Source: Octopus vulgaris (lineage: Eukaryota). Taken from it: DNA of 64,000 bases. Numbering within the stretch: position 1 is the first letter of the stretch; each line of letters starts with the position of its first letter. The stretch is taken from positions 78,864,001 to 78,928,000 of the forward strand of contig OX597830.1 in the NCBI GenBank assembly GCA_951406725.2, in the 5' to 3' direction. This document shows positions 53,017-64,000 of the stretch, one piece after another. The position numbers were made by a program, and so were the translations under genes. A model generated the notes under the pieces. The model ran no database searches, was not told the DNA's origin, and worked only from the letters and a program-made list of their open reading frames with translations.

Positions 53017-53089
53017 CATCCCTGGTGGGACTCGAACCCACGGCCTCTGGATTAGAAGTCCAGCGCGCTATCCGCTGCGCTACAGGGAC
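53017..53089 (-). tRNA. tRNA-Arg-TCT: tRNA-Arg(TCT), D-loop AGCGGATA, T-loop TTCGAGT
   Basis: Full cloverleaf with downstream T-tract. Confidence 0.94.
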
Positions 53090-53601
53090 AAGACGAAACT
53101 AACTCTTTCTAAATAGTTTTTAACACGAAGTCCGTAATGTTAGGTAATTAGAGGTTTTGAACTATTTTCCTTTTTCTAGTTATACGCCCACGTGTGCGTC
53201 TAAATATACATGTATATAGTGAAAGTTGCGTATTATAATCACTTGCCAAACAAGTATTGTTATCAAATTTAGTGCATCAGACACAGAACATTACTATATC
53301 CGCTGTTTTATGTTATCAACTTGACATGAGCCGCACGAACTTCTAGAGATAGCAACCACTAAATTTTCCTTCAAAAAAAGTTGGGTGATCATGATTGGAA
53401 CGCTTAAGTATATGGTCTGCTGGACAGCAGATATGATCACACTTGGTATGAGGGATACATCACGGAATGCATATAATTTCATAATCCTTTTGTATGATAC
53501 TCACGAGAACAACTTGAGGTAATCTCTTTCTGTAACAGAATAATACTAAAACAAGTACTGCCATTTTAATTTAAAAAGACAAATTGTCTGCGAATGTAAA
53601 T

Positions 53602-53662
53602 CTTCCCTGAACACCACCCCTGGATTGGAAGTCGGGCGCGGTATCCGCTGCACTACAGGGAA
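53602..53662 (-). pseudogene. tRNA-Arg-derived pseudogene (unit copy)
   Basis: Same sequence as 31972. Confidence 0.82.
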
Positions 53663-54676
53663 ATTGTCTGCATTTTCAATGATACACTCTTTGTTGCCGT
53701 GGCAACTATGGCAGCAAATGGTTTCCACTTCCGGTTGTGAGGACACTGGATTCATTTCATTGGCTAAAAATATATAACTGACAATACTTCTATCTTGTCA
53801 ATTATTAAATCTTCGAAAGCAAAAACTAAAAAGAAAAAATGAACGTGGTATTCAACTTCAGCAGCTAAACTACATCTGTGTGGGAAATTTGAAAAAAATC
53901 CTTTGACAATTGAAACATTTTTTCAGGTCGTTGTAAGAAAACGAACAACATCCATTCTAAAAATTTCTTTTGCAAATCAGAATTGAAACCGGAGGAGTCG
54001 ACATGGGCCGCTCCAACTACAGGAAACAGAAATTTACCTTCAATCAGTCGTACACTACCGCAGCGTTTCTCAACCGTAGCTCCCCGGAACACTAGTGTTC
54101 CGCAAAATGTTCCTAGGGGTTCCGTGAGAAAGAGTGAGATAAGCTAATGCTCATCTCATGATCGTAATAGTGCTATACGTGCAAGGCGGCGAGTTGGCAG
54201 AAACGTTAGCACGCCGGGCGAAATGCTTTGCGGTATATCGTCTGCCGCTACGTTCTGAGTTCAAATTCCTCCGGGGTCAACTTTGCCTTTCATCCTTTCG
54301 GAGTCGATTAAATAAGTACCAGTTACGCACTGGGGTCGATATAATCGACTTAATCCGTTTGTCTGTCCTTGTTTGTCCTCTCTGTGTTTAACCCCTTGTG
54401 GGTAGTAAAGAAATAGATTACATTGGATAGGGTATATTATAAAAGGTGTGGAGTAAAAAGTTGGGTAATCATGATTAGAACGCTTCAGAATATGGTATGC
54501 TGGGCCGCAGACATGATTACACTAAGTATGAACGATGAATGACGGATTACATATAATTTCATCCTCTTTTTATATGATACCCACGTGAACAACTTTAGGT
54601 AATTTCGTTCTGTAACAGATGATAAAATAAAAAAAAAAGCAGTACTGACATTTTAATTTAAGAAACAAAATTAATG

Positions 54677-54770
54677 TGCCCCGGGTGAGGGTCGAACTCA
54701 CGACCTTCAGATTCCTCGGTTTTTGTATGTGATTATGAGACTGACGCGCTGCCTACTGCGCTACCGAGGC
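54677..54770 (-). tRNA. tRNA-Met-CAT: Elongator tRNA-Met(CAT) with 21-nt intron, type B
   Basis: Intron ATCACATACAAAAACCGAGGA, exons intact. Confidence 0.94.
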
Positions 54771-54838
54771 CACTACCGGAAGAGTTAATATTTTCTGATT
54801 ATAGTCTCGGCATAATTTTACTAGTGCCTCTGGGTGTA

Positions 54839-54869
<31 letters not shown>

Positions 54870-54870
54870 C

Positions 54871-54925
<55 letters not shown>

Positions 54926-56125
54926 CAGAGACAGAGACAGAGACAGAGACAGAGACAGACAGAGAGACAGACAGACAGAGTGTGTGCATCTGTGTGCGCG
55001 CGCGCTTGAAATTTCCCTTCGATCAATCATACCCAACTGTCTTCAAAATGATGCCATCGAAGACTCCATTGAACAAGAAGATATCAGATACATAATGTTT
55101 AGATAAAGGCAGGATAATCATGTATATATATATATGTATAAAGTATATGGCTTAACTTATTAAACAAAGTTCAACAATTTCATTTGTCTTTATGCAATGA
55201 AAAAGAGGAGATTGGATGTTAAAATGGATTGTAGCTTTTATTTTTCATAATACTACACAATTGTTTCATAAAAATGGACTCAGATATTCATAAATAGAAA
55301 ATCGTAATAGTCATACTTGTACTCCTCAGTAGATAATAGAAAAACAAAAAAAAAAGTTTAAAGTACATAGGTTTTGGATTTAGTCTTTTTCATTCACAAA
55401 ATGAGCCCCCCTTTAATTTTGCTCAGATTACTCTCAATTTTGGTGTATCTATGCAAATCTGAATTTTGATTACAATCAACCAATTACTTTATCTTGTAAA
55501 TTAAAGAATCTGATGTTATTTGGTATTTAAGTTGGGAAATTTCGGTAATTCTAGCTAATCAACAGACGACGTGGCATTAGCGACTTGTTACCATGACAAC
55601 CGCATGCTGTGTTGTGGTTCATTGTCTGTGCCGCAATTTGTTCTATGTTCATTTTTCACATTTGATTCTTCACACCACGAGATTCTTTTCACCCCGGGTG
55701 TTTTGTTTTAACTTTTCTGTGTCTTAGTAAATTACATATTTCTCTGTGCTTTTTCTGTGTATTAGTGTTTTTACATATTTTTCATTTCATATATTTTGGG
55801 GACTCATTGACTCAGATAGCTGGATTTATGATTTCACTAGGTTAATTCTATTCATAAAAATTTTAATTAAGAGTATTTCTTAAACCGTTGGCTTCACATT
55901 TCAATAGTTGGATCTTTTCAATTACAGTCACAGGTTTTTTAATTAATTTTATTTTAACTAAACAGGCGCAGGAGTGGCTGTGTGGTAAGTAGCTTGATTA
56001 CCATCCACATGGTCCGGGTTCAGTGCCACTGCGTGGCACCATCGGCAAGTGTCTTCTTCTATAGCCTCAGGCCGACCAAAGCCTTGTGAGTGAATTTGGT
56101 AGACGGACACTGAAAGACGCCCGTC

Positions 56126-56191
<66 letters not shown>

Positions 56192-56472
56192 CGTGTGTGT
56201 TTGTGTCTATGTTTGTCCCCCTAGCATTGCTTGACAACCGATGCTGGTGTGTTTATGTCCCCGTCACTTAGCGGTTCGGCAAAAGAGACCGATAGAATAA
56301 GTACTGGGCTTACAAAGAATAAGTTCCGGGGTCGAGTTGCTCGATTAAAGGCGGTGCTCCAGCATGGCCGCAGTCAAATGACTGAAACAAGTAAAAGAGT
56401 AAACAGTAAACAGTAAACAGTTTGAACCTTCGGATACTGGTTGAATGTGTCACGTAGAACACGGTTTACTCT

Positions 56473-56953
56473 TATAATGGGACTCGAAGGTTCATGATAC
56501 CTGCGGAGTATCTTCTCCCATTACAATTATTTTCTGTAGTCTTAGGATCTGGAACTCGAAGAAGAAGAAGCTTACAAGCGGATGCAATTCAATGGTTGTA
56601 TATTTAGTTCTCATTCATGGGGTTCGCTCCCGGCGACCATCCGTATGGCAGCGCGTAGTTCGTTATAGCTCCGTTCACGTGAGGTACATTACCTCTGGAG
56701 ATAATGGGTGAAGTTAGAGCAGGACAAGAATCTGCTGTGAGCCGCCAGTTTGCAGTGCTGCTCAGCGTGAGCGCGAATGCCAGAGAGAGACTCACCTTAT
56801 TACGCCTCCTTAAATAGCTGTTGCCCACGAGAGCCTCGCTGTAGTCACGCACATGGCAAGCATGGTTTTAGGTGAGATCTCGGTCTCGGACATGGTAATG
56901 GCTGCCATTGAGAGCTCGTACAAAATGGTGCTGGCTTCTTGTGTCACGCTACA
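56473..56953 (-). mobile_element. Solo LTR (more diverged unit copy)
   Basis: Same ends and TSD, with many substitutions and indels relative to the other two copies. Confidence 0.7.
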
Positions 56954-57154
56954 CTCTTAACGTTTTTGACAAAACTTTGTATTTTAGAAGTTATTTCGTG
57001 TTAAAGTTGTCGTATTTGGGTAATTTTAACCAATCAATGACGTGTATTCAGTTGAAGAATGTTACTATTGTTTGCGAATGTAATGGAAGAGTAACAACTT
57101 CCGCGTCACCGGATCATGAAAGAGATGGGAGAAAAGTATAAAAGATAAGGAAGA

Positions 57155-57361
57155 TGGTACTATTTAAGAAGAGCTAGTCGTGACTAGTCGATCCTTACTT
57201 TGCCTTTTTGCTTTATTTACTTTGTTAAAAAATTTTTTTTATTTTGTATTTTATTTACTTTGCTAGATAGTCTTTGTAGGATCGACTAGTCACGACTAGC
57301 TAGCGCGGATGCGCGAGTACGGGAGTGCGCGCACCGGGACCACTCTTCTTAAATAGTACCA
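57155..57361. mobile_element. Small palindromic MITE-like element present in one unit only
   Basis: Outer IR TGGTACTATTTAAGAAGAG / CTCTTCTTAAATAGTACCA and inner IR GCTAGTCGTGACTAGTCGATCCT / AGGATCGACTAGTCACGACTAGC. Absent at the homologous sites near 35466 and 46283. Confidence 0.75.
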
Positions 57362-57527
57362 GAAAGGTGGGTGAGAAAAACAGAAAGTTCTTTTGTAGGG
57401 AATACATACGTGTGTGTATGCGTGTGTATTTCTTTCCGTCTTATCCAATGTGTCCTCCCGCTTATACAATGTTAGGTGTGACATTGAGTGAGATTTTGGC
57501 TATTATTTCCAGCAAATCGTAGAGAGA

Positions 57528-57567
<40 letters not shown>

Positions 57568-58414
57568 ACGGAGAGAGTGGAGGTGTGTTGACGATCTGAA
57601 CGACAGCCTATATAAACTTACCATCCTCCTACCACTGCATATTAATTTATTAATATCTACCCTTTTCCTTGTTTCCATTCGAGGTTCTATCAGCTTTACA
57701 TATGAATGTGTGTGTGTGTGTGTGTGTGTGTATGACGGACAACATGAACTGTCGTCAACTGCACAATCCCCACTCCTTAAAGCTTTGTATTCCTTGCACC
57801 CACCTCCCTTTCTTTTTCTCCACAAATACAAGACAGACATACACAATACTGAAATACGCATTAAATAAACACACGCAGACAAATATATTAATAGAACAAG
57901 TTTTTAAAAACATAATAAAAACATACAATCAATGAAGAAATAAAAAAAAAACAGTAAGATGCTTTATGGTATTTTATTAGGTATTCCTGTTTTTTTTTTA
58001 AACCTTCAATGAACAGGTCATGTCACAGACGCTAAACGCAGAAAATTTCTGTCTCGCTATTGGCTAAAAAACTTTTTCCTCCATTTTTTTTTCTCCATAA
58101 CATCATACCTTCATAGCATTTAGACTGGAAAACTACACTGTTATAGCCGATTTTCAGATTATTTACTTCCTCTTAAATAAATGCATATATTTTAAATGAA
58201 AAAACACTAGCCCCTAGGTTTTTTCTTAGTTATTATTTTAGGATTTGTAATTTCGTTCTTCCAGTCACATTTATTTGAATCTAGTCTAAAAAATATAGAA
58301 AGCTGGTGTTAATACAAGTAATATTAAATCTGACATCCTCTTTATCAAATCCAATATGTATCTCTATTTAAAACCTCCTAATTTTTTTTTGTTTTTTACT
58401 GGCCAAGCTGTGTA

Positions 58415-58487
58415 TCACAACCTTCAGATGACTTGATTTCATACTTGATTATAGGACTGACTCTCGGTCTACTGCGCTACCGAGGGC
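58415..58487 (-). pseudogene. Degenerate tRNA-Met pseudogene (unit copy)
   Basis: Same sequence as 36523. Confidence 0.85.
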
Positions 58488-59145
58488 AGAAGATCGCACT
58501 GCTCATATATAATGGTAACAATCTCGGCACAGTATTGCGCGCATGTGTGTGCGCACGTGCGTGTAGATGTTCTGTTAGAACAAACTATACTGCGCTAGAT
58601 GCCATGAGAGAAATTCACATAGTGGCTTTGCATGCAATATACACTGTAGCGATATAAACAAGAGTGCATTTTGCACCAAAAAGCCAATATGAGAGTGTCA
58701 CTCACAATATCTACCGCAGTATAGTTTGTTCTAACAGAACAACCACATTTAAGTGGGGATAAATATCGCTTTCAGATTTTGACTCACGGTCATCATGTCC
58801 GGTGAGGCAGAGAGTAAGACAATTACATAGACCCCAGCGCCCGACTGGTATTTATTTTATCGACCCTGAAAGGATGAAAAGGAAGAGTTAACCCCTGGAT
58901 ATTACTCTTTACTCTTTTACTCTTGTACTTGTTTCAGTCATTTGACTGTGGCCATGCTGGAGCAGCGCTTTTAGTCGAGCAAATCGACCCCAGGACTTAT
59001 TCTTTGTAAGCCTAGTACTTATTCTATCGGTCTCTTTTGCCGAAATGCTAAGTCATGGGGACGTAAACACACCAGCATCGGTTGCCAAGCGATGTTGGGG
59101 GAGGACAAACACAGACACACAAATACACACACACACACACACATA

Positions 59146-59209
<64 letters not shown>

Positions 59210-59828
59210 TACGACAGGCTTCTTTCAGTTTCCGTCTACCAAATCCACTCACAAGGCTTTGGTCGGCCCGAGGCTATAGTAGAAGACACTTGCTCAAGGT
59301 GCCACGCACTGGGACTGAACCCGGAACCATGTGGTTGGTAGGCAAGCTACTTACCAAACAGCCACTCCTATTAATGCAAATAATTATATCTTCTTACACG
59401 CTACCCACGGGAACAATTGAGGCAATTTCTTTCTTTAACACCATCATCAGAAGTGACGTGGGATCTTTTCGATTTGACCGGCAGATTTTTAAAATAATTT
59501 CTTTGTAACTAAACACTTTTAAACTTCGTATACTGGTAGAATGTGTTACATAAAACATCTTTTTCTCTTGGTTTTCTTGAGAAAATTCTGTAGTTTGTAG
59601 GCTATTTGTTGTTTAATTTATCGTATTTCGGCAATGTTGTTGACCCCAGTGCTCGAATGGTACCTATTTTATCGTCTCCGAAAGGATGAAAAGGAAAACT
59701 CAACCTCGGGTTATTAATACAAATAAATATATCCTCTTATACGGTACCCACGGGAACAATTTGAGGTCAATTCTTCTGACACAATCATCAAAACGATTTG
59801 TGTGTGAGTAATTGAAAAAAAAAAAATG

Positions 59829-59922
59829 TGCCCCAGGTGAGGATCGAACTCACGACCTTCAGATTCCTCTAACTTTATGCTTGATTATGAGACTGACGCG
59901 CTGCCTACTGCGCTACCGAGGC
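59829..59922 (-). tRNA. tRNA-Met-CAT: Elongator tRNA-Met(CAT) with 21-nt intron, type A
   Basis: Intron ATCAAGCATAAAGTTAGAGGA, exons intact, T-tract terminator. Confidence 0.94.
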
Positions 59923-60084
59923 CACTGAAAGAACATTTCTACTTTTCTGATAATAGTTTAGCTATGGGCTGATGGTTACGGATGTTAGTGTGTACCTGCG
60001 CGTGCGCTTTGTGTGTTCGTGTGTCTGTCTATGTGAGTGTGTGTTGACCTACACATCTATCTAAATTGTATTGTGGTGGTGGTG

Positions 60085-60138
<54 letters not shown>

Positions 60139-61432
60139 CAAACTATTCGACAGTTTGAGAAGCAGAGTCACCATCGTCGTCGTTGCCGTCACTGCCGAAG
60201 GCTCAGCGGAAGATGACAACTAATGACGGAGAGGGACGGAACTGGCGATTAACAACGAAGCTTACCGAAAGAAAATGTCTGAATTTCTTTGAACTTTCGG
60301 CTGACGCAATAGCATTCAATGACTAAAAGGTTATACCAACCTATACTTCAACTACCACCATCACCACTATCGCGACTATTACTGCTATTAAAACCAGCAC
60401 CACAACCACGACTAATACTACTACTACAACCACAACCACTGCCCTCCTTCCTATTACTAGTACAACTTCAAACATCACCACCAACACCATCGTTAATGCT
60501 GCTATCACCTTTCACAACCAACACCACCATCACCACCAACACCATCACCACTAACACCATCACCACCAACACCATCACCACCAACACCATCACCACCAAC
60601 ACCATCACCACCACCACCATCACCACCAATTGGTTAATCGATTAGTCTGTCAAAGCCCTTGCGTCACAGTCAGTGTCCTTATCAATGACTTACCAATTCG
60701 CTTTTTAAGCAACTCTTTCTCCGCAATACGTATTACATTTTCACTCTTCCTCTCATTTATTTGTAATAAACCTGAAGTGAAACATAACCAGTGTGCGTGT
60801 TTTTATTGGCGGCACGATCCTCCCAAAAGACATCAAAATCAACCTCAACGCATGATTTCACGTCAAGAAGCTTGCAAAACAAATACAAAATACAGAGAAT
60901 TAATGTGGTCTTCATCAGAGTCATGCCTGGCTTATAACCAGAAATCTCTCTGACGAAAATAGCGTTAATACTTTAGGTCGTTCAAATTTTTCTCAACCGA
61001 TCGATAGTCCGATTGAGTAAACCTGTCAACAATGAACCTATCATGACTACTGGAAACAACTGTTAGTCAAATTTATGACAGTATCACCATTAATTATAAT
61101 TAATGGTCATTACATATTTATGTAATTATGCTTTGTCTTGTATATCACTCTGTATAAAAAAAACTTTAATACAGACCACAACGATTTAGATCGAACGATG
61201 TGATTGATTAAAATTTGTGAAGGGCGTCCCCCAGCATTGCCGCTGTCCAATACCTAGAATCCGAAAAAGAAGAAAGGCAAAAAAGTCTAGTTCATTGGCT
61301 TTCATTTCTCATAGAGATAAGAATATTCGAAAAAATTGCAAACAACTTAAATGAAGTTGAATGAAAATAATCTTCATAAAAATTTAATCTGAAATAAAGA
61401 AAATTTTTAAAATATTAAAAAAAAAGTTGAAT

Positions 61433-61505
61433 CATCCCTGGTGGGATTCGAACCCACGACCTCTGGATTAGAAGTCCAGCGCGCTATCCCCTGCGCTACA
61501 GAGAC
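61433..61505 (-). tRNA. tRNA-Arg-TCT: tRNA-Arg(TCT), GTCTCTG variant
   Basis: Full cloverleaf, same sequence as 39587 and 50417. Confidence 0.95.
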
Positions 61506-61730
61506 AAGACGAATTCAGCTGTTTCTAAATAGTTTTTGGATCTTTACCTTTTGACCAACAGATTTTTAAAATATTTTTTTTTGTGACTAAACACTTTCAA
61601 ACTTCGTATACTGGTAGAAGGTGTCACATAAAACAGCTTTTACTCTTGGCTTTATTGAGGACATTCTGTATTTTGGAAGTTATTTCTTAAAGTTATCGTA
61701 TTTCGGTAATTTCAACCAGTCAATGATGTG

Positions 61731-61802
<72 letters not shown>

Positions 61803-61991
61803 CAAACTATTCGGCCCAGCGGAGAATGACGACTAATGACGGAGAGGGACGTAACTGGCGATTAACAACGAAACAGACCAAAAGAAAATGTCTGAATTTC
61901 TTTCAACTTTCGGCTGATGCAATAACATTCAATGACTAAAAGGTTACTATACTTCAACTACCACCATCACCACTATCGCGACTATTACTCC

Positions 61992-63083
61992 TGTAAAAAA
62001 ACGATCGTACTTAAAGGAGTTGGTGACAAAGATGTATTTAAAAACACCGTAGGGTCGCCTACAAAAGAATAAGCCGAATACGTGGTATAAAGAATATGAG
62101 TGCCAGTAAATAATAAAGGAGAAAACACAACCGTTCTACTGATTGAGAGAGAAAGACTTTATTTACAGATGTGTACAATAAGAGTGTGTATGGGTGCTAG
62201 CAGAGTGTAGTATCTGAGTGCGTGCACATAAGTGTCTCTGTGTCCGTTGTAAGTACAACAATGGTACGTACAACAAGTGTTTGTGTCTGTGTGTTCTTGT
62301 GTGCGATACAAGAGTGAACATTAGTGCAAACACGGTGTATGCGCGTAAGACAGAATACAGAGCTTAGAATGAGTCTCTCGGGGTATTTCAGACAAGATGG
62401 ACTTTATTTACCAGTTCGCAGTAAGGTTACACAATAGTTATAGTCCTGTACAAGAAGTTGAGGTCACGAGGCAGAACCGGTCACTAAACTTGTTGTGTGG
62501 AGGTTGTGGCTATTATGCCGCGCCGGGTTACTTGATACAGGAATTCTTGCAGGTAGTTCTGGACTGTTAACCTTGGTGAAGTAGTCACAAACAGAGAGAA
62601 GTTAACCTGGGCGAATGTTGTGTACGTATCGTTGAAGTCGACGGTGATGATGTCGGCGGTAGAGAACGGCGACGGTAGAGAACGGCGACGGTTGAGATGA
62701 TGGCGGCGGTGGAGAACGGTCCTGAGTTGCTGCATGTTGGTCTCGTCGCTGGAACTGGCTGGTCTGGTCTTCGCAGCTGCCGCATGGTCAATGGTCAGAG
62801 ACAAAAGACCTCGATTCACTGGATCGCTGGGTTTTTATAACGTTATAGAGGCTCCAGAAGAAAACCCAAAAGACTGTGTCACATGAACTTATTTGGAAGG
62901 CACTGATTGGTTGGTTTACACATTGGCGCGAAATAAGTCAAGAGACAAACTGCGCCAACGCCAATCAATCAGAGCAGGAGACACAATAGGGCCCAAATAG
63001 CGGCCAAAGTTAACTGGTATCTACTACAATATTATTTCTAATATATCTCTCAAACAGTGAGGATACCACCGAGCTACGCTACA
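61992..63083 (-). mobile_element. Solo LTR, about 1.09 kb (unit copy)
   Basis: Near-identical to 50970. Confidence 0.75.
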
Positions 63084-64000
63084 CTACTATTACTATCATC
63101 ACCATCACTACCACCACGACAACAACAACTACAACTACAACCATTGCCACTGTCATCCCTGCTACTACTACTACCAGTGCAACTACAAACATCACCACCA
63201 ACACCATCGCTAATGCTGCTATCACCTTTCACAACCATCACCACCAACACCACCAACACCACCAACACCACCACCATCACCACCAATTGGTTTATCGATT
63301 AATCTGTCAAAGCCCTTGCGTCACAGTCAGTGACCTTATCAATGACTTACCAATGTGCTTTTTAAGTAATACGTATTACATTTTCACTCTTCCTCTCATT
63401 TATTTGTAATAATCCTGAAGTGAAACATAACCAGTGCGTGTGTTTTTATTGGCGGCATGATCCTCCCGAAAGACATCAAAATCAACTTCAACGCATGATT
63501 TCACAAGAAGCTTGCAAAACAAATACAAAATACAGAGAATTAATGTTATTTTCATCAGAGTCATGTCTAACTCATAACCGGAAATGACGCTGACGAAAGT
63601 AGCATTAATTCTTTGGGTCGTTCGATTTTTCTCAACTGATCGATAAACCGATTGAGTAAACCTATCACGACTACTGGAAACAACTGTTAATCAAATTTAT
63701 TACAATAAAGAAATATTTAATGACAGTTAATTATAATAAATGGTCATTACATATTTATGTAATTATACTTTCTTGTATATCATCCTATATTTTTTTTAAA
63801 AAAAGAGAAAAGACAGAACACAACCTTTTAGATCGATCGATGTGATCCATTAAAACCGGTGAGGGAGTTCCCAAAATGGCCGCAGTCCAATACCTAGAAT
63901 CTGGAAAAGAACAAAGGAAAAACGTTTAGTTCATTGGTTTGCAATTTTCATACAGATAAGAATATTTGAAAAGATTGCAAACAGTTTAATAAAGTTAAAT

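Overview
Eukaryotic, AT-rich, microsatellite- and SINE-dense DNA. The SINE families and repeat landscape resemble an Octopus (coleoid cephalopod) genome; this is an inference from recalled repeat sequences, not a search. No intact protein-coding gene is supported: the ORF track is almost all microsatellite translation plus decayed Tc1/mariner and R4/Dong-type fragments. The real content is a tRNA gene cluster of two isotypes. There are 13 full-length intronless tRNA-Arg(TCT) genes and 7 full-length elongator tRNA-Met(CAT) genes, each Met gene carrying a 21-nt intron at the canonical 37/38 position, plus 7 tRNA pseudogenes. From 12 to 25 kb the Arg genes sit in small inverted and direct duplications. 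From about 27.3 kb to the window end the genes form a head-to-tail array of about 10.1-11.1 kb units (about 3.4 units visible). Each complete unit carries 2 Met, 2 Arg and 2 pseudo-tRNAs, all on the minus strand, together with two solo LTRs, MITE remnants and SINEs.
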